Source: Candidatus Obscuribacteraceae bacterium (GTDB lineage: Bacteria; Cyanobacteriota; Vampirovibrionia; Obscuribacterales; Obscuribacteraceae). From it: a stretch of DNA of 64,000 bases. Positions 10,873 to 21,540 of the stretch are shown one piece after another. A program made the position numbers and the translations under genes. Below the pieces are notes generated by a model. That model was not told where the DNA came from. It made no database searches and saw nothing but the letters and a program-made list of their open reading frames with translations. Numbering within the stretch: position 1 is the stretch's first letter; each line of letters opens with the position of its first letter. The stretch covers positions 1 to 64,000 of the forward strand of contig JBGAHS010000001.1 of the NCBI GenBank assembly GCA_044226015.1, read 5' to 3'.

Positions 10873-13827
10873 CTAGCTTTCTATAAAGGTGCAGCTGAAT
10901 GTTGTGCCAGTCTCTGAGCTTGCTTCGAGTCGCAATTCTGCGGCTTGTGCATTCATAAGCCTGAATGCTAAAGGCAGTCCCATTCCTGCCAGAGCCTGTC
11001 CTTCGACACTTCGGAATCTGTTGAATATTTGGTTTTGTAATTCGGCTGCAATTCCGTTTGCGTGGTCCTCAATCTTCAGTATGATTTTGCCTGAGTCTCT
11101 AGTAAGGGTGGTGTCGATACAAGAGTTTTCTTTTGATGCTTGAATGGCGTTATCTAGAAGCGCTTGAATTGCCCGCCTGAGCAGGAATAACTCTGCCCTT
11201 ATTTCGTAGGAATTTTCATCTGCTGCATGAATTTCAATGCGTGAGTTCTTTTGTCGCAGAACTTTCTTATACTCGTTGGCGAGATCTTCCAATAGTTCCT
11301 TCAAATCTAGCCTTGCCATGTCAGGCTGAAGTGCGCCTTGTTCTGCTTGTTCCAGTGTGAGTAGGTTGTTAAGTTGGTTTAGTAATCGTGATAATTCCAT
11401 CTCACATGATTCTAGAGCGACCGCGTTTTGCGGGTCGAGTTCACCAAACCTACCGCTGGAAATCAGTTCTATTGTTGTTAAGACTGAGGCTAGCGGGGTG
11501 CGAAGATCGTGATTTATAACTGAGAGCAATTCTTGTCTCTGTGTTTCTGCTTCTCGCACTAGCGCGGCGACTTCGCAAAAAGAGTGGTCTAATCGGCTCA
11601 GTTCGTCATTTCCAGAAATGTCTGCGCTGGGGCATCCACCGCTAGCAAAATCGTGTGTTTTGCTTACCAGAGCGCTCATTTTTTTCAAGATGCTAGCCGT
11701 GTATATTGTTAGCGCAACAATCAAGCCAATATTTGTTATGGCGCAAACGGCTAACATGCTTATTACTCTGGCTCTGAGCTCGGTCCCGAGATTGTAGGAA
11801 ACGTCTAGATCTCTGTTCTCCAGGTCTAGTACTCGGAATAGCAAATCTTCTAAGATCATGCCAATTTCGTCGCCGCGTTTGAATGCTGCTTCCAAATATT
11901 CATGGCTTATATCAGGGTACTGTGAAATCGCATCCTTTGCTTCCTTCTGCATAATAACGAGTTGCTCGTCTATTTTGTCCAGCGCCGATTTAAGCTCGCT
12001 GTTAGGTTTTGACCTGTGTGAAAGTTCTCTAGTAAGCTCAAGTTGTTTTTGCAGTAGTGGGTATACCGAAATGAATGCTTTGAAGTTTTGTTTTTTGAAT
12101 GCTGACTGCACGAGCTTTCTGAAATCCATGAAGAATGAAGTTAGCTGCTGGCATTTTATTAAAGTGTGTTTTTCTCTTGAGTAATCTCTCGCTTTGCTGG
12201 AAGCCTCATTCAAAGTTACTCCCAGAGTCGCAGATACAGCAAGCTGTGTCAGCAAAAACACAGTGAGCAAGGCTCCAAATACATTACGAATGCTGCCGCC
12301 CTTTTTTGTTATTGTGCTAAGCGCGGACTTGTCGGTAGATTTGACTTCGTTTTGCTGCGCTGTTTTGGGAATCTCGAAAATGAATGATGTGCCTGCTCCG
12401 AGTTCGCTGTTGCAGCAAATTGTGCCACCGTGGGCCTCGACAATCTGCTTGCAGATCATTAGTCCTAAACCGCTTCCGGCTCGTTTATTTGACGACTCAA
12501 GTTGGCTGAACTTTTTAAAGAGCTTTGCAGCATTTTCTTGAGATATACCAGGTCCTCTATCTTTTACTTCGCATTTCACGCGATCGTTTAGCGAGCTTAT
12601 GAAAAAATCAATTTCAGAATTTTGAGGGGAAAATTTGCAGGCATTTGAAAGAAGATTTATAACGACCCTGCTAAGCAGATGAAGATCCGCCTCAATTTTC
12701 AGCGCCTCGCAGTTGCTATTCAATCGAATTTTCTTCTGTTGAAGCATCGCTCCAACTGCCAATTCGGCTGTTTCAGCAAGCGTGCTTGTGTCCATTTCTG
12801 CATAATTGACTTTGAGTTGTTCGTGCTCGTTGAAGCTTAATCCTTCTCGCATAGATTCGAGCAGCTGGCTCATTGAGTCAAGGTTGAGTGTGATTTGTCT
12901 GAGCTTTTTCTTGCCCTGTTCTGTCACTGAGTCTGACTGGAAAAGCGCGTTCATGCTTGCGTTGGTTCGCTCTAGAGACTGAGATTGCATAGCTTTGAGC
13001 AATCTCAAGTAACCTTTGCGGTTTTGTTCTGTTGCTGCTATGTCGGCAGACATTTTGTGGAAGACCAGGCGTAAAGAGTCAACATCGGACTTCAGGCAGG
13101 CAGGTGCCGCTATCGCTTCGCCTTTTGCTAGTTCTTTGCATTCGTTTGAGAGCTTGGCTATCGGCATTGCTATCTTTCTATCAATCCAGAAAACGGCAAG
13201 GAGTGCGAGAATGAAGTTGCTGATGCTGGCAATTATGAGTATAGGAAGAGGCGATTGTTTTCTCTTCTTTTTATTTCGGGAGTCTTCTTTCTCCATCGAC
13301 TCATTTATCTGGTCCATTAGCACTCGTGCTCTCGGATAGAGTTCTTTCGTGTGCATAATTGAAAGCTTGTAGAGCTTCTCTATTTGCTTTTCATTGCTGC
13401 AGTTCAGGCAATTACTAGTATCTGCCATGACGGTTTGATAGCCCTCAGTTAGAGGGACTAGATCATCTGTATTTTGTCCAGCCTCACGCCATCGATCTGC
13501 AAGCGCCTTTAAACGGTCTTCTACTTTTTTGACGCTCTGTTCATGACGTTTTCTTTTCTCGTCTGTGTGTTCCTCGAGAATCCAGTCGTCGGCGACGCGG
13601 CGGTGCTGTCGCATCAGGTCGGCTACTATTGATAGCTCTTCTGATGCTTTGATGAGTTTGTATTCGTGTGCAGCTAAATGTTCAGTTTCTAAAATGTTAG
13701 CGACTAGAATTGAAATTGAGCCTATTTCGAAAACAATCAGAACCAGTGCGCCCAGCAAGAGCGCGCGAAAAAGAGAGGACGAACTCGCGTCTTGCGTTGT
13801 TAGTGAGTTCTGTTTGGTGTTAGGCAA
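10873..13827 (-). CDS. Membrane sensor histidine kinase with two tandem sensor-HAMP-DHp-CA modules
   Basis: Four TM segments. Module 1 has NLLSNACKFS, DRGPGI and GSGLGL. Module 2 has NHDLRTPL, LLDNAI and AGMGL. Confidence 0.88.
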   Translation of the reverse strand: MPNTKQNSLTTQDASSSSLFRALLLGALVLIVFEIGSISILVANILETEHLAAHEYKLIKASEELSIVADLMRQHRRVADDWILEEHTDEKRKRHEQSVKKVEDRLKALADRWREAGQNTDDLVPLTEGYQTVMADTSNCLNCSNEKQIEKLYKLSIMHTKELYPRARVLMDQINESMEKEDSRNKKKRKQSPLPILIIASISNFILALLAVFWIDRKIAMPIAKLSNECKELAKGEAIAAPACLKSDVDSLRLVFHKMSADIAATEQNRKGYLRLLKAMQSQSLERTNASMNALFQSDSVTEQGKKKLRQITLNLDSMSQLLESMREGLSFNEHEQLKVNYAEMDTSTLAETAELAVGAMLQQKKIRLNSNCEALKIEADLHLLSRVVINLLSNACKFSPQNSEIDFFISSLNDRVKCEVKDRGPGISQENAAKLFKKFSQLESSNKRAGSGLGLMICKQIVEAHGGTICCNSELGAGTSFIFEIPKTAQQNEVKSTDKSALSTITKKGGSIRNVFGALLTVFLLTQLAVSATLGVTLNEASSKARDYSREKHTLIKCQQLTSFFMDFRKLVQSAFKKQNFKAFISVYPLLQKQLELTRELSHRSKPNSELKSALDKIDEQLVIMQKEAKDAISQYPDISHEYLEAAFKRGDEIGMILEDLLFRVLDLENRDLDVSYNLGTELRARVISMLAVCAITNIGLIVALTIYTASILKKMSALVSKTHDFASGGCPSADISGNDELSRLDHSFCEVAALVREAETQRQELLSVINHDLRTPLASVLTTIELISSGRFGELDPQNAVALESCEMELSRLLNQLNNLLTLEQAEQGALQPDMARLDLKELLEDLANEYKKVLRQKNSRIEIHAADENSYEIRAELFLLRRAIQALLDNAIQASKENSCIDTTLTRDSGKIILKIEDHANGIAAELQNQIFNRFRSVEGQALAGMGLPLAFRLMNAQAAELRLEASSETGTTFSCTFIES

Positions 13828-14139
13828 GAACCCTTCTGACCCTTAGTAATTCAAGTTTGCCGAGATTGCTGAAGGCGAATTCTCAGGCACTACCTCTGGC
13901 TCTGACTGCTCGCTCCATTGTAGAAGAGAATTCTCTTATTGCTCAAGCTTTGCCGAATCGGCGAGCTTCACGATTTGAGTGCTGAGCCATTCTCTTGCGC
14001 CTGGTTTTGGCAGCTGAGCTTGGCACCCTCAAAATGTGGTTTTAGGCACAATAAAAATGCCGTTTATGTGGAAAACCGGGGTGCCATTTTTCATCAGATT
14101 GGATAAATTTCATGTATGGATAATCTGGACGGTCACTAA

Positions 14140-14727
14140 ATGTTGAAGTTCTTGGCTAAAGCTATTTCTCTTCTAGGTTTTGCGGCATTACTTGCTTCGC
14201 CTGCAATGGCGCAAGATGCTGCTTTCGATGTTCAGGCACCGAGCAGCAACGCTCCGATGCAGCCCAAAGTTGCAGGACCTATGGCGGGCGGGGCGGAGAA
14301 TCAAAACAACATGCGTCACTGGAGCCGATTTTCATCATCTACAGCGCGTCCGATGTTTGTCAGAGTGCCTGCAGGTACAAAAGTTGAGGCTTCTGCTCCA
14401 ACTCATTATGTTCGGCCAAATTGGGTGCAGCCGGGAAAAGCACCCGTTGATGCAGCCGCACAGAACAAGGGTCCGGTAAAGCGCTATCTAGCCTTCAACA
14501 TCCCAGCTGGTGCATACGCCAAGAAAAGCGGCTCATCGAGTACTAGCACACCGACACAGGTCATTGGTAGTGCCAAAAAAGTCGCAATTTCGGCTAAGCG
14601 CACGCCCACTCATGTGCAGATTCTCGGATATGGAAAAAAGACCGGTGAGATAACCAGCACCTACATTCCGGCTAATCATCACAGCGCTCGGGCGGCGGCA
14701 ATCGCTTGCTATCCACGCTATCAATAA
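14140..14727 (+). CDS. Secreted hypothetical protein; apparent paralog of 8430-9020
   Basis: Signal peptide ending AMA-Q; shares VPAG, YVxP and PAGAxAKK motifs with 8430-9020. Confidence 0.75.
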   Translation: MLKFLAKAISLLGFAALLASPAMAQDAAFDVQAPSSNAPMQPKVAGPMAGGAENQNNMRHWSRFSSSTARPMFVRVPAGTKVEASAPTHYVRPNWVQPGKAPVDAAAQNKGPVKRYLAFNIPAGAYAKKSGSSSTSTPTQVIGSAKKVAISAKRTPTHVQILGYGKKTGEITSTYIPANHHSARAAAIACYPRYQ

Positions 14728-14846
14728 GCCGCAAAACATCGACATCGGCTTGTCTATTTCTGTGACGTTTCTGGGCAGCTTCGCCTGTTCATGGCGTCTC
14801 CTTTGAAACCATTCTGTAAAATAGATGGTCTCTCGGAGGCTAAGCA

Positions 14847-17800
14847 GTGAAATCATTTCTTGAAGCTTTGAAAGAACGCGTAATCATATTTGATGGAGCG
14901 ATGGGGACATCGGTTCACAAATACAACCTGACTCTAGATGATTATCAAGGCTGCGAAAATTGCCCGGAAATTTTAGTCGAGAGTCGTCCTGATGTTATTT
15001 CGGAAATTCATGCCAGCTATTATGAGGCGGGCTGCGACGTTGTTGAAACCTGCACTTTTGGCGGATCTCCGGTTGTTTTAGCTGAGTTTGATCTCGCGAA
15101 GCGTGCCTACGAATTGAACAAAAAAGCCGCAGAACTCGCCAGAGGTGTTGCCGCAGACTATTCCAAGAATGGGCATCAGCGCTATGTTTCGGGGTCAATA
15201 GGACCTACAACGAAGTTGCCTTCGCTTGGACATATCAGTTTTAAGGATATGAAAGAGGCTTACTACCAGCAGGTTGCCGGGCTAGTTGACGGCGGTGTTG
15301 ATGTTCTGCAATTTGAAACAGGGCAAGATCTCCTGCAAGCTAAGTCTTGTCTTGTGGCTATTGAAGAGTATTTCAAGGCTTCAGGAAAGTCTGTTCCAGT
15401 GATTGCACAAATCACAATTGAAGCGCCACCTCTCGGCACCATGTTGACTGGTTCTGATATTTCAGCCGCATTAACAGCCCTTTCACCTTTCAGCGTTCTG
15501 GATGTTATAGGTATGAATTGTGCAACAGGTCCATTAGAGATGATGGATTCCATTCATTTCCTCTGTGAGAATTCCAGAGAGTATGTTTCGGTTCTACCTA
15601 ATGCAGGTTTACCCGAAAACGTAAACGGCGAGACTGTGTATAAATTGACGCCGGACGAGCTTGCTGATTCACTCAAGATTTTTGCCACTAAATTTGGTGT
15701 CAATATTGTAGGTGGATGCTGTGGTACCACGCCAGCCCACATGAAGAGAGTCGTAGAAGTGCTTGGTGGAATGGAACCCGTGAAACGAAATGTTCCAGCA
15801 AGTGGGCAGGTCGCGAGCCTTTATACTTCATTGCCACTGGACATCGATATTCCGCCACTGTTTGTCGGCGAGCGCACTAACACAAACGGCAGCAAGAAGT
15901 TCAAAGAGTTGCTGGAAAAAGAAGATTGGGATGCTATGGTGTCTATGGCAAGAGAGCAAGAGCGCGAGGGCGCTCACATGCTTGATGTCTGTACTGCTTA
16001 CGTTGGTCGTGATGAAAACCGCGACATGAGCATATTTATTCAGCGACTCAATACAGAAGCACAGACACCGCTTGTTATTGATACTACTGAGTACCCAGTT
16101 TTAGAGAAGTCGCTTCAACTTATAGCCGGTAAACCGATAGTCAATTCCATAAATCTGGAAGATGGTGAAGAGAAGATGCTTGCGAAGGTCGCTTTGATTC
16201 GCAAGTATGGTGCTGCTAGTGTTGCGCTCACGATTGACGAAAAAGGGATGGCGCGTAAGGCAGAGCATAAGCTTGAAATCGCTCGGAGAATCTATGACCT
16301 TGCTTTGTCTGCGGGTATGCAAGCTGAGGATTTGATTTTTGACGCTCTCACATTTACGCTCTCGACTGGAAATGATGAGGACCGTCGCCTTGGAATTGAG
16401 ACGCTGGAAGGTATTAAGCTGATTAAGAAGAATCTGCCTGGAGTAAAGACAATTCTCGGGGTGAGCAATATTTCTTTCGGCTTCAATCCGTCCATAAGGA
16501 AGATTTTGAATTCGGTATTCTTGCATTATGCTGTGGAGGCAGGCTTGGATATGGCAATTGTTCATGCTTCCAAAATCCTCCCCTTGTTCAAAATAAATGA
16601 GCAGGAACGCCAGCTTCACGAGAAACTCGTATTTGACAGGCGCGAAGAAGGTTATGACCCCCTATTCGCACTTCTAGACTTTTATAAAGACAAGAAGAAG
16701 TCTGATACTACTGGCGGTGTTAAGGTCAAGCGCTCAGTTGAGGAGACGCTGAAGCAGCGCATTATTGATGGCGACCGAGTGGGCTTGGAGAGCGATCTGG
16801 AAGAGGCTTTGCAGGCTCACCCGCCTCTAAGTATCATCAATAATATTTTGTTGGATGGAATGAAGGTAGTCGGAGAGCTTTTTGGCGCCGGAAAAATGCA
16901 GCTTCCATTCGTTCTGCAATCAGCTGAAACGATGAAAGCTGCGGTTGCTTATCTTGAGCCTCATATGGAGAAGATTGAGGGAAGCAGTCGGGGCTCGTGT
17001 GTCCTTGCAACAGTCAAAGGTGATGTGCACGACATTGGCAAAAATCTCGTGGATATCATCCTCAGCAACAACGGCTATAAGGTCTACAATTTAGGTATCA
17101 AACAACCAATCGACAATATTATCAACGCAGCAGTAGAGCACAGAGCTGATTTCATTGGTATGAGTGGCTTGCTTGTGAAATCAACTGTTATCATGAAAGA
17201 AAATCTGGAAATCTTGAATCAACAACACATTGATATTCCTGTAATTCTCGGTGGGGCAGCTCTCACACGCAGATATGTTGAAGAAGATTGCCGCAACACC
17301 TACAAAGGCGTTGTCCTCTATGGACAGGATGCTTTCGATAATCTCCGCTATATGGAGGCTTTTGCGAACGGAGGGCGTGCAGCCCTTCAGCAGTTCATTA
17401 AAGCGCCGGTGGCGTCTTCGGTCACCGCAGCTGGTGGCAATGGTAAGTCGGAGCAATCTGATGCGGTGAAGTCTTCTTCCAGCTCGTTGCAATCTGGCGG
17501 TACTAACACAACACGTTCGGATGTCGCGAACAATATTGCGCCGCCAAAACCGCCATTTCTTGGCTCGAAAGTTCTCGACGACATTCCACTTTCGGAAGTG
17601 TTCAAATACTTAAACGAGAATGTTTTGATTCGCGGACAATGGCGAGTTAGACAACAAGAAATGTCTGATGCGGAATATCAAAGCATGTTGGATGAGAAAA
17701 TCCTTCCAACCCTGCGTCGGCTTCAAGAAGAGTGTCTTGAGCAAAAACTGCTTGTTCCAAAAGCTATCTATGGCTATTTTCCTTGTCGTTCGAAAAACAA

Positions 17801-18356
17801 TGAATTGATAATTTATCGTGATGACCTGAAAACCGAATGGCTCCGATTTGACTTCCCTCGGCAGGATCATGGGCGACATTTGTGTATTTCTGATTTCTTT
17901 CTTTCTGATGAGCAGGAATTGATGGACGTTATTGGCTTGCAAGTTGTGACTATGGGAAGACAAGCCAGTGAACACAGTCAGAGCTTATTCGAAAGCAACA
18001 AATACAGCGATTATTTGTATTTCCATGGTTTGTCTGTGGAGTGTGCCGAGGCTCTGTCTGAGCTCGTTCACAAGCGTATGCGTACAGAGTTGGGCATCGC
18101 TAATGCAGATGCTGATGACATGAAGAAGTTGATCAACCAGGGATATCGCGGCTCGAGATACAGCTTTGGCTATCCTGCTTGTCCAAATCTTGAAGATCAA
18201 AAGTTGCTGTTTGATTTATTACGTCCTGAGCGAATTGATGTTGAGCTGACCGAGGAGTTTCATCTGGTTCCAGAGCAGAGCACCACCGCAATTGTGGTCC
18301 ATCATCCCGAGGCTAAGTACTTCAACATCAAACCGACAGCAGTTGCTGTCGAGTAG
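14847..18356 (+). CDS. metH: Cobalamin-dependent methionine synthase
   Basis: DGAMGT, GGCCGTTP, pterin domain GERTN, B12 motif DVHDIGKN, and reactivation domain RYSFGYPACP. Confidence 0.97.
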   Translation: MKSFLEALKERVIIFDGAMGTSVHKYNLTLDDYQGCENCPEILVESRPDVISEIHASYYEAGCDVVETCTFGGSPVVLAEFDLAKRAYELNKKAAELARGVAADYSKNGHQRYVSGSIGPTTKLPSLGHISFKDMKEAYYQQVAGLVDGGVDVLQFETGQDLLQAKSCLVAIEEYFKASGKSVPVIAQITIEAPPLGTMLTGSDISAALTALSPFSVLDVIGMNCATGPLEMMDSIHFLCENSREYVSVLPNAGLPENVNGETVYKLTPDELADSLKIFATKFGVNIVGGCCGTTPAHMKRVVEVLGGMEPVKRNVPASGQVASLYTSLPLDIDIPPLFVGERTNTNGSKKFKELLEKEDWDAMVSMAREQEREGAHMLDVCTAYVGRDENRDMSIFIQRLNTEAQTPLVIDTTEYPVLEKSLQLIAGKPIVNSINLEDGEEKMLAKVALIRKYGAASVALTIDEKGMARKAEHKLEIARRIYDLALSAGMQAEDLIFDALTFTLSTGNDEDRRLGIETLEGIKLIKKNLPGVKTILGVSNISFGFNPSIRKILNSVFLHYAVEAGLDMAIVHASKILPLFKINEQERQLHEKLVFDRREEGYDPLFALLDFYKDKKKSDTTGGVKVKRSVEETLKQRIIDGDRVGLESDLEEALQAHPPLSIINNILLDGMKVVGELFGAGKMQLPFVLQSAETMKAAVAYLEPHMEKIEGSSRGSCVLATVKGDVHDIGKNLVDIILSNNGYKVYNLGIKQPIDNIINAAVEHRADFIGMSGLLVKSTVIMKENLEILNQQHIDIPVILGGAALTRRYVEEDCRNTYKGVVLYGQDAFDNLRYMEAFANGGRAALQQFIKAPVASSVTAAGGNGKSEQSDAVKSSSSSLQSGGTNTTRSDVANNIAPPKPPFLGSKVLDDIPLSEVFKYLNENVLIRGQWRVRQQEMSDAEYQSMLDEKILPTLRRLQEECLEQKLLVPKAIYGYFPCRSKNNELIIYRDDLKTEWLRFDFPRQDHGRHLCISDFFLSDEQELMDVIGLQVVTMGRQASEHSQSLFESNKYSDYLYFHGLSVECAEALSELVHKRMRTELGIANADADDMKKLINQGYRGSRYSFGYPACPNLEDQKLLFDLLRPERIDVELTEEFHLVPEQSTTAIVVHHPEAKYFNIKPTAVAVE

Positions 18357-18546
18357 ATTTGTTTTAGAAGTGCCCAAATTTTTTCGATTCAAACGGATCG
18401 TTTTTGCTGATTTTGCCCACCCTGTCTTGATTTAGTGAAAGTTCCGCCAACGCTTGGAGCGCGGGCTGATTGTCGCGCTTGACAACGGGCGCTTGGACCG
18501 GATGACTGTTACGCCCGCGGGCGCCGGGGCATAAAGTCTGAAGAGC

Positions 18547-21402
18547 GTGTCTGTGCAGCAGGCGGCAGAGATAACGAAGCAAGATTCTGGGAATTCTAGC
18601 GAAACCATGAGTGACGAAGAAGAGCAAGAAGTGCACCAAGAAGACTTAGTTGCTCCTACTTTTGAGGAGCAAATCAAGTTCCTTCGAAAGGCGCGTAAAG
18701 CTGGCACCACAAGGTTTCAAAAAACTACTGAGTTCAACGTTTCGAGAAAACTCAGAAGAGAAGGTTCAGATGATTTCTTTGACCAAAAGATTGTTGATGA
18801 CCGCCTTCAGGAGTCTTTGAATCGCGAAGCTCATCGTGATTTTTTTCAAGATAGTTTGGGTGATGCAGTATTAGGCAAGTCATCCACTTCCAATCATAGT
18901 CTGCGTTCGTTGTTCGCTGACGACGATATGATTGTCGGTAAACCAAAGACTTACAGTGAAGATGAGACATCTGCCGCTTCCGCAGTGCGCAAAGTGACTG
19001 CATCTTATAGCTCTGATGACTTTTATGCACCACAGGCGGTGCGTCATGAAGGTCCTCGGTATTTAGCTGACGATGATGACGAGGTTGCAGGTCCAGAGCC
19101 GGAAACTGAAGAAGAATCAGAAAACGGTTTTTACCATTTGGAAACTTCCAACCGGGTCTCAGACTTTTTTGCGAGCACTCAGCAGGTTGAAGCTCCACGA
19201 GCGGCTTCGGGCAATGATTCACAAGGGGATGCTCAGCCAGCGCCGGCGGACAGTCACCATGCAGTTGATTCGAATCCTGCTGATGCGAATCCTGGTGATT
19301 CGAATCCTGCTGATGCGAATCCTGGTGGTGGGAATCCTGGTGGTGGGAATCCTCGTGGTGGGAATCCTGCTGATGGGAAACCTGCTGGTGCGAATCCTGG
19401 TGATGGGAAACCTGCTGGTGCGAATCCTGCTGATGCGAATCTTGCTGGTGCAAATCATGGTGATGCGAGTCCTGCTGATGCATCTTCGCCAGGTCCGAAA
19501 AAGGGCAAAGCTACTGAATACACCATCAAGTTGCATCGACCTCTGAAGGTCGAGCGCAAGGAAAAAGCGCCCGCGTTCAATTCCAAAACCGAAGCACTTG
19601 ATGCCCGGTCTCAGGAATCGTTACTGGACTCACCCCGGTTGGCTCCAGTTCAATCAAGCATACCTGGTGAATCGTCAGTTGCATCTGACATCCCGGCGGA
19701 CATGAAGGAATGCCCCAGGTGTGCTGAACTAATAAAGAAAAAGGCAATCTATTGCAGATTTTGTCACATGGATTTGCCGGCAAATGAGCCTACGCAAGCG
19801 AGTTCGCCAGTTGTTTCTGTTCCGACCTTGTCTTCAGATCTCGAAGAAGACCAAGAGCGTTTTTCAGAGCAAGTCCCGGAAATAAATCCAGAACAAGTCC
19901 AAGACCCAGAGCAAGACGAATCAATAACTAGTTCTGAACCACAGCCAGAGCTCAAGCCAGAACCTCATCTGGAAGCAAAAGCAGAACCCGAAGCTGCTGC
20001 CGTGCAGGATTCTGCTGAGAATCTTGAGTTCGAGTATTTCATGCCTTCTGTTGAGTCCAGTTCGACTGCTGATTCAACTGCTGATTCAACAGAGGATATG
20101 AGTTTCTCGCGAAATGAATTGGACACGACAGAAAGTCGGGATTTGAGGACAGCTTCTGCAAAGGAAGCGCAAAATGCTATGTCGGCTGAGAAGCATGTCG
20201 AACAAGAATCGAGTAACGACAATGAGGAGAATGAAAAGCGAATACGTTTTGATGAACTGGTTTCGAAGTTCCCATTGATCGCTGCGGACTTTAAGTTTTT
20301 GACCGGCTTCGATTTAGCCCTTAACGAAAACTCTAGTTTGAATCTCTGGCTTAATGCCTGTGGCGACCGAATGAATTTGTTTGCAACAGAATTGAGTGAT
20401 CAGGGAATGCAAGAGTGTTTTGTATTTGCACAGACCTTGATCGAGCAGTATGTTCATTCTCTCTCTAACGAATTCGGGTTGGAATTCAGCCGCAGCAATG
20501 AGTTGGTTGTGAGACAACTCACGTACGATGAAGAGGGAATGCTAAAGCCAGGCGAGTCCTTGAGGGCGAGGTTTCCTCGAATTGATGAACTGAAAGCCTT
20601 GCACCTTGCAATAGAGTGCTCATGGCCGGCGACTTATCAACTTGCTGACCAGTTTCCTTTGAAAGTCGTGTTCCTAACGGAAACGCTAGTCAGAGATGAA
20701 GATGTGGGTGCGCGCATCAAGTTTTTCGAAGATGGGCGGCCGGTTCTCTTTATCAGTTCTACTCTTGCAAGTCGAGGCTGTCCGACAGACCTTGATGATT
20801 CAATCGACGGTCATGAGTCATGGCAAGCAAGTCTTATGCGTGAGTTTGCTTGGAAAACTGCCGTCGACTGCAATAAGTTTCCTTTGAACCCAGATGAATA
20901 TGAGTCCATTGGTTGGGTTTCCGTTGGTGATGGGTTCTATGCTCTGAAAACCTGGGACGGTCGGCTCTACCTGCCATACGGCGGCGCCGAGTCGCCTGAG
21001 CAAGCCTGGGCATTGTGTGATGAGAATGGAGAGCCGATTGATCTTGTTGGAAATCCAGTCTCGCAGCCGTCGGACCTTGTGTTTATTAGTGATGCTGAGC
21101 TGCTCAAAGTCGCAGCCCATAAGCCTTGCGGAGACCACTTCGACACAGTCGAGGATTATTTCGTAGACGGTTTGAAGGCATTCCGTCAGGGGGCTAAGCG
21201 TCGTGCTGAGTTGGGCAAAATAAATCCGGCGCTTTATCAAATGGTAAAAGCCTTAGATCAGATGGGAATTAATCGATGCTACTCACCAATTAAGACTTTT
21301 ACTGGAATGATTCGCTCATCGACCGGAGCGCTAGTTGAGAACAATATCGCAAATCAAAAGGAGGTAAGCAGGTTTGAATCAGGCTTTGCCGTAAAAAAGT
21401 GA
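18547..21402 (+). CDS. Acidic low-complexity protein with a zinc ribbon and a C-terminal degenerate zincin-like domain
   Basis: Long ORF; CPRC...CRFC motif; C-terminal SLMREFAW and EDYFVDGL...PALY. Confidence 0.7.
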   Translation: MSVQQAAEITKQDSGNSSETMSDEEEQEVHQEDLVAPTFEEQIKFLRKARKAGTTRFQKTTEFNVSRKLRREGSDDFFDQKIVDDRLQESLNREAHRDFFQDSLGDAVLGKSSTSNHSLRSLFADDDMIVGKPKTYSEDETSAASAVRKVTASYSSDDFYAPQAVRHEGPRYLADDDDEVAGPEPETEEESENGFYHLETSNRVSDFFASTQQVEAPRAASGNDSQGDAQPAPADSHHAVDSNPADANPGDSNPADANPGGGNPGGGNPRGGNPADGKPAGANPGDGKPAGANPADANLAGANHGDASPADASSPGPKKGKATEYTIKLHRPLKVERKEKAPAFNSKTEALDARSQESLLDSPRLAPVQSSIPGESSVASDIPADMKECPRCAELIKKKAIYCRFCHMDLPANEPTQASSPVVSVPTLSSDLEEDQERFSEQVPEINPEQVQDPEQDESITSSEPQPELKPEPHLEAKAEPEAAAVQDSAENLEFEYFMPSVESSSTADSTADSTEDMSFSRNELDTTESRDLRTASAKEAQNAMSAEKHVEQESSNDNEENEKRIRFDELVSKFPLIAADFKFLTGFDLALNENSSLNLWLNACGDRMNLFATELSDQGMQECFVFAQTLIEQYVHSLSNEFGLEFSRSNELVVRQLTYDEEGMLKPGESLRARFPRIDELKALHLAIECSWPATYQLADQFPLKVVFLTETLVRDEDVGARIKFFEDGRPVLFISSTLASRGCPTDLDDSIDGHESWQASLMREFAWKTAVDCNKFPLNPDEYESIGWVSVGDGFYALKTWDGRLYLPYGGAESPEQAWALCDENGEPIDLVGNPVSQPSDLVFISDAELLKVAAHKPCGDHFDTVEDYFVDGLKAFRQGAKRRAELGKINPALYQMVKALDQMGINRCYSPIKTFTGMIRSSTGALVENNIANQKEVSRFESGFAVKK
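19267..19481 (+). repeat. 15-bp coding tandem repeat, about 14 units, encoding (D/G)(A/S/G)(N/K)P(A/G)
   Basis: gatgcgaatcctgct-like units are directly visible. Confidence 0.92.
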
Positions 21403-21540
21403 ACTGTGCAATTATGCAGTCGGTTTACGCTAACTCGCATAAATGGCTTTATTCCATTAAATCGCTTCGTAAAGTTGCGAATTCTAAATAGCTTTGGATA
21501 GATTCAGCAGGGGGCTGGCGTAAAAAAAGAGACGCCAATT

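Noticed and set aside
18752..19546. Alternative-frame repeat ORFs (QDSHQ, RILLM)
   Set aside because: Shadows of the 15-bp repeat within the 951-aa gene.
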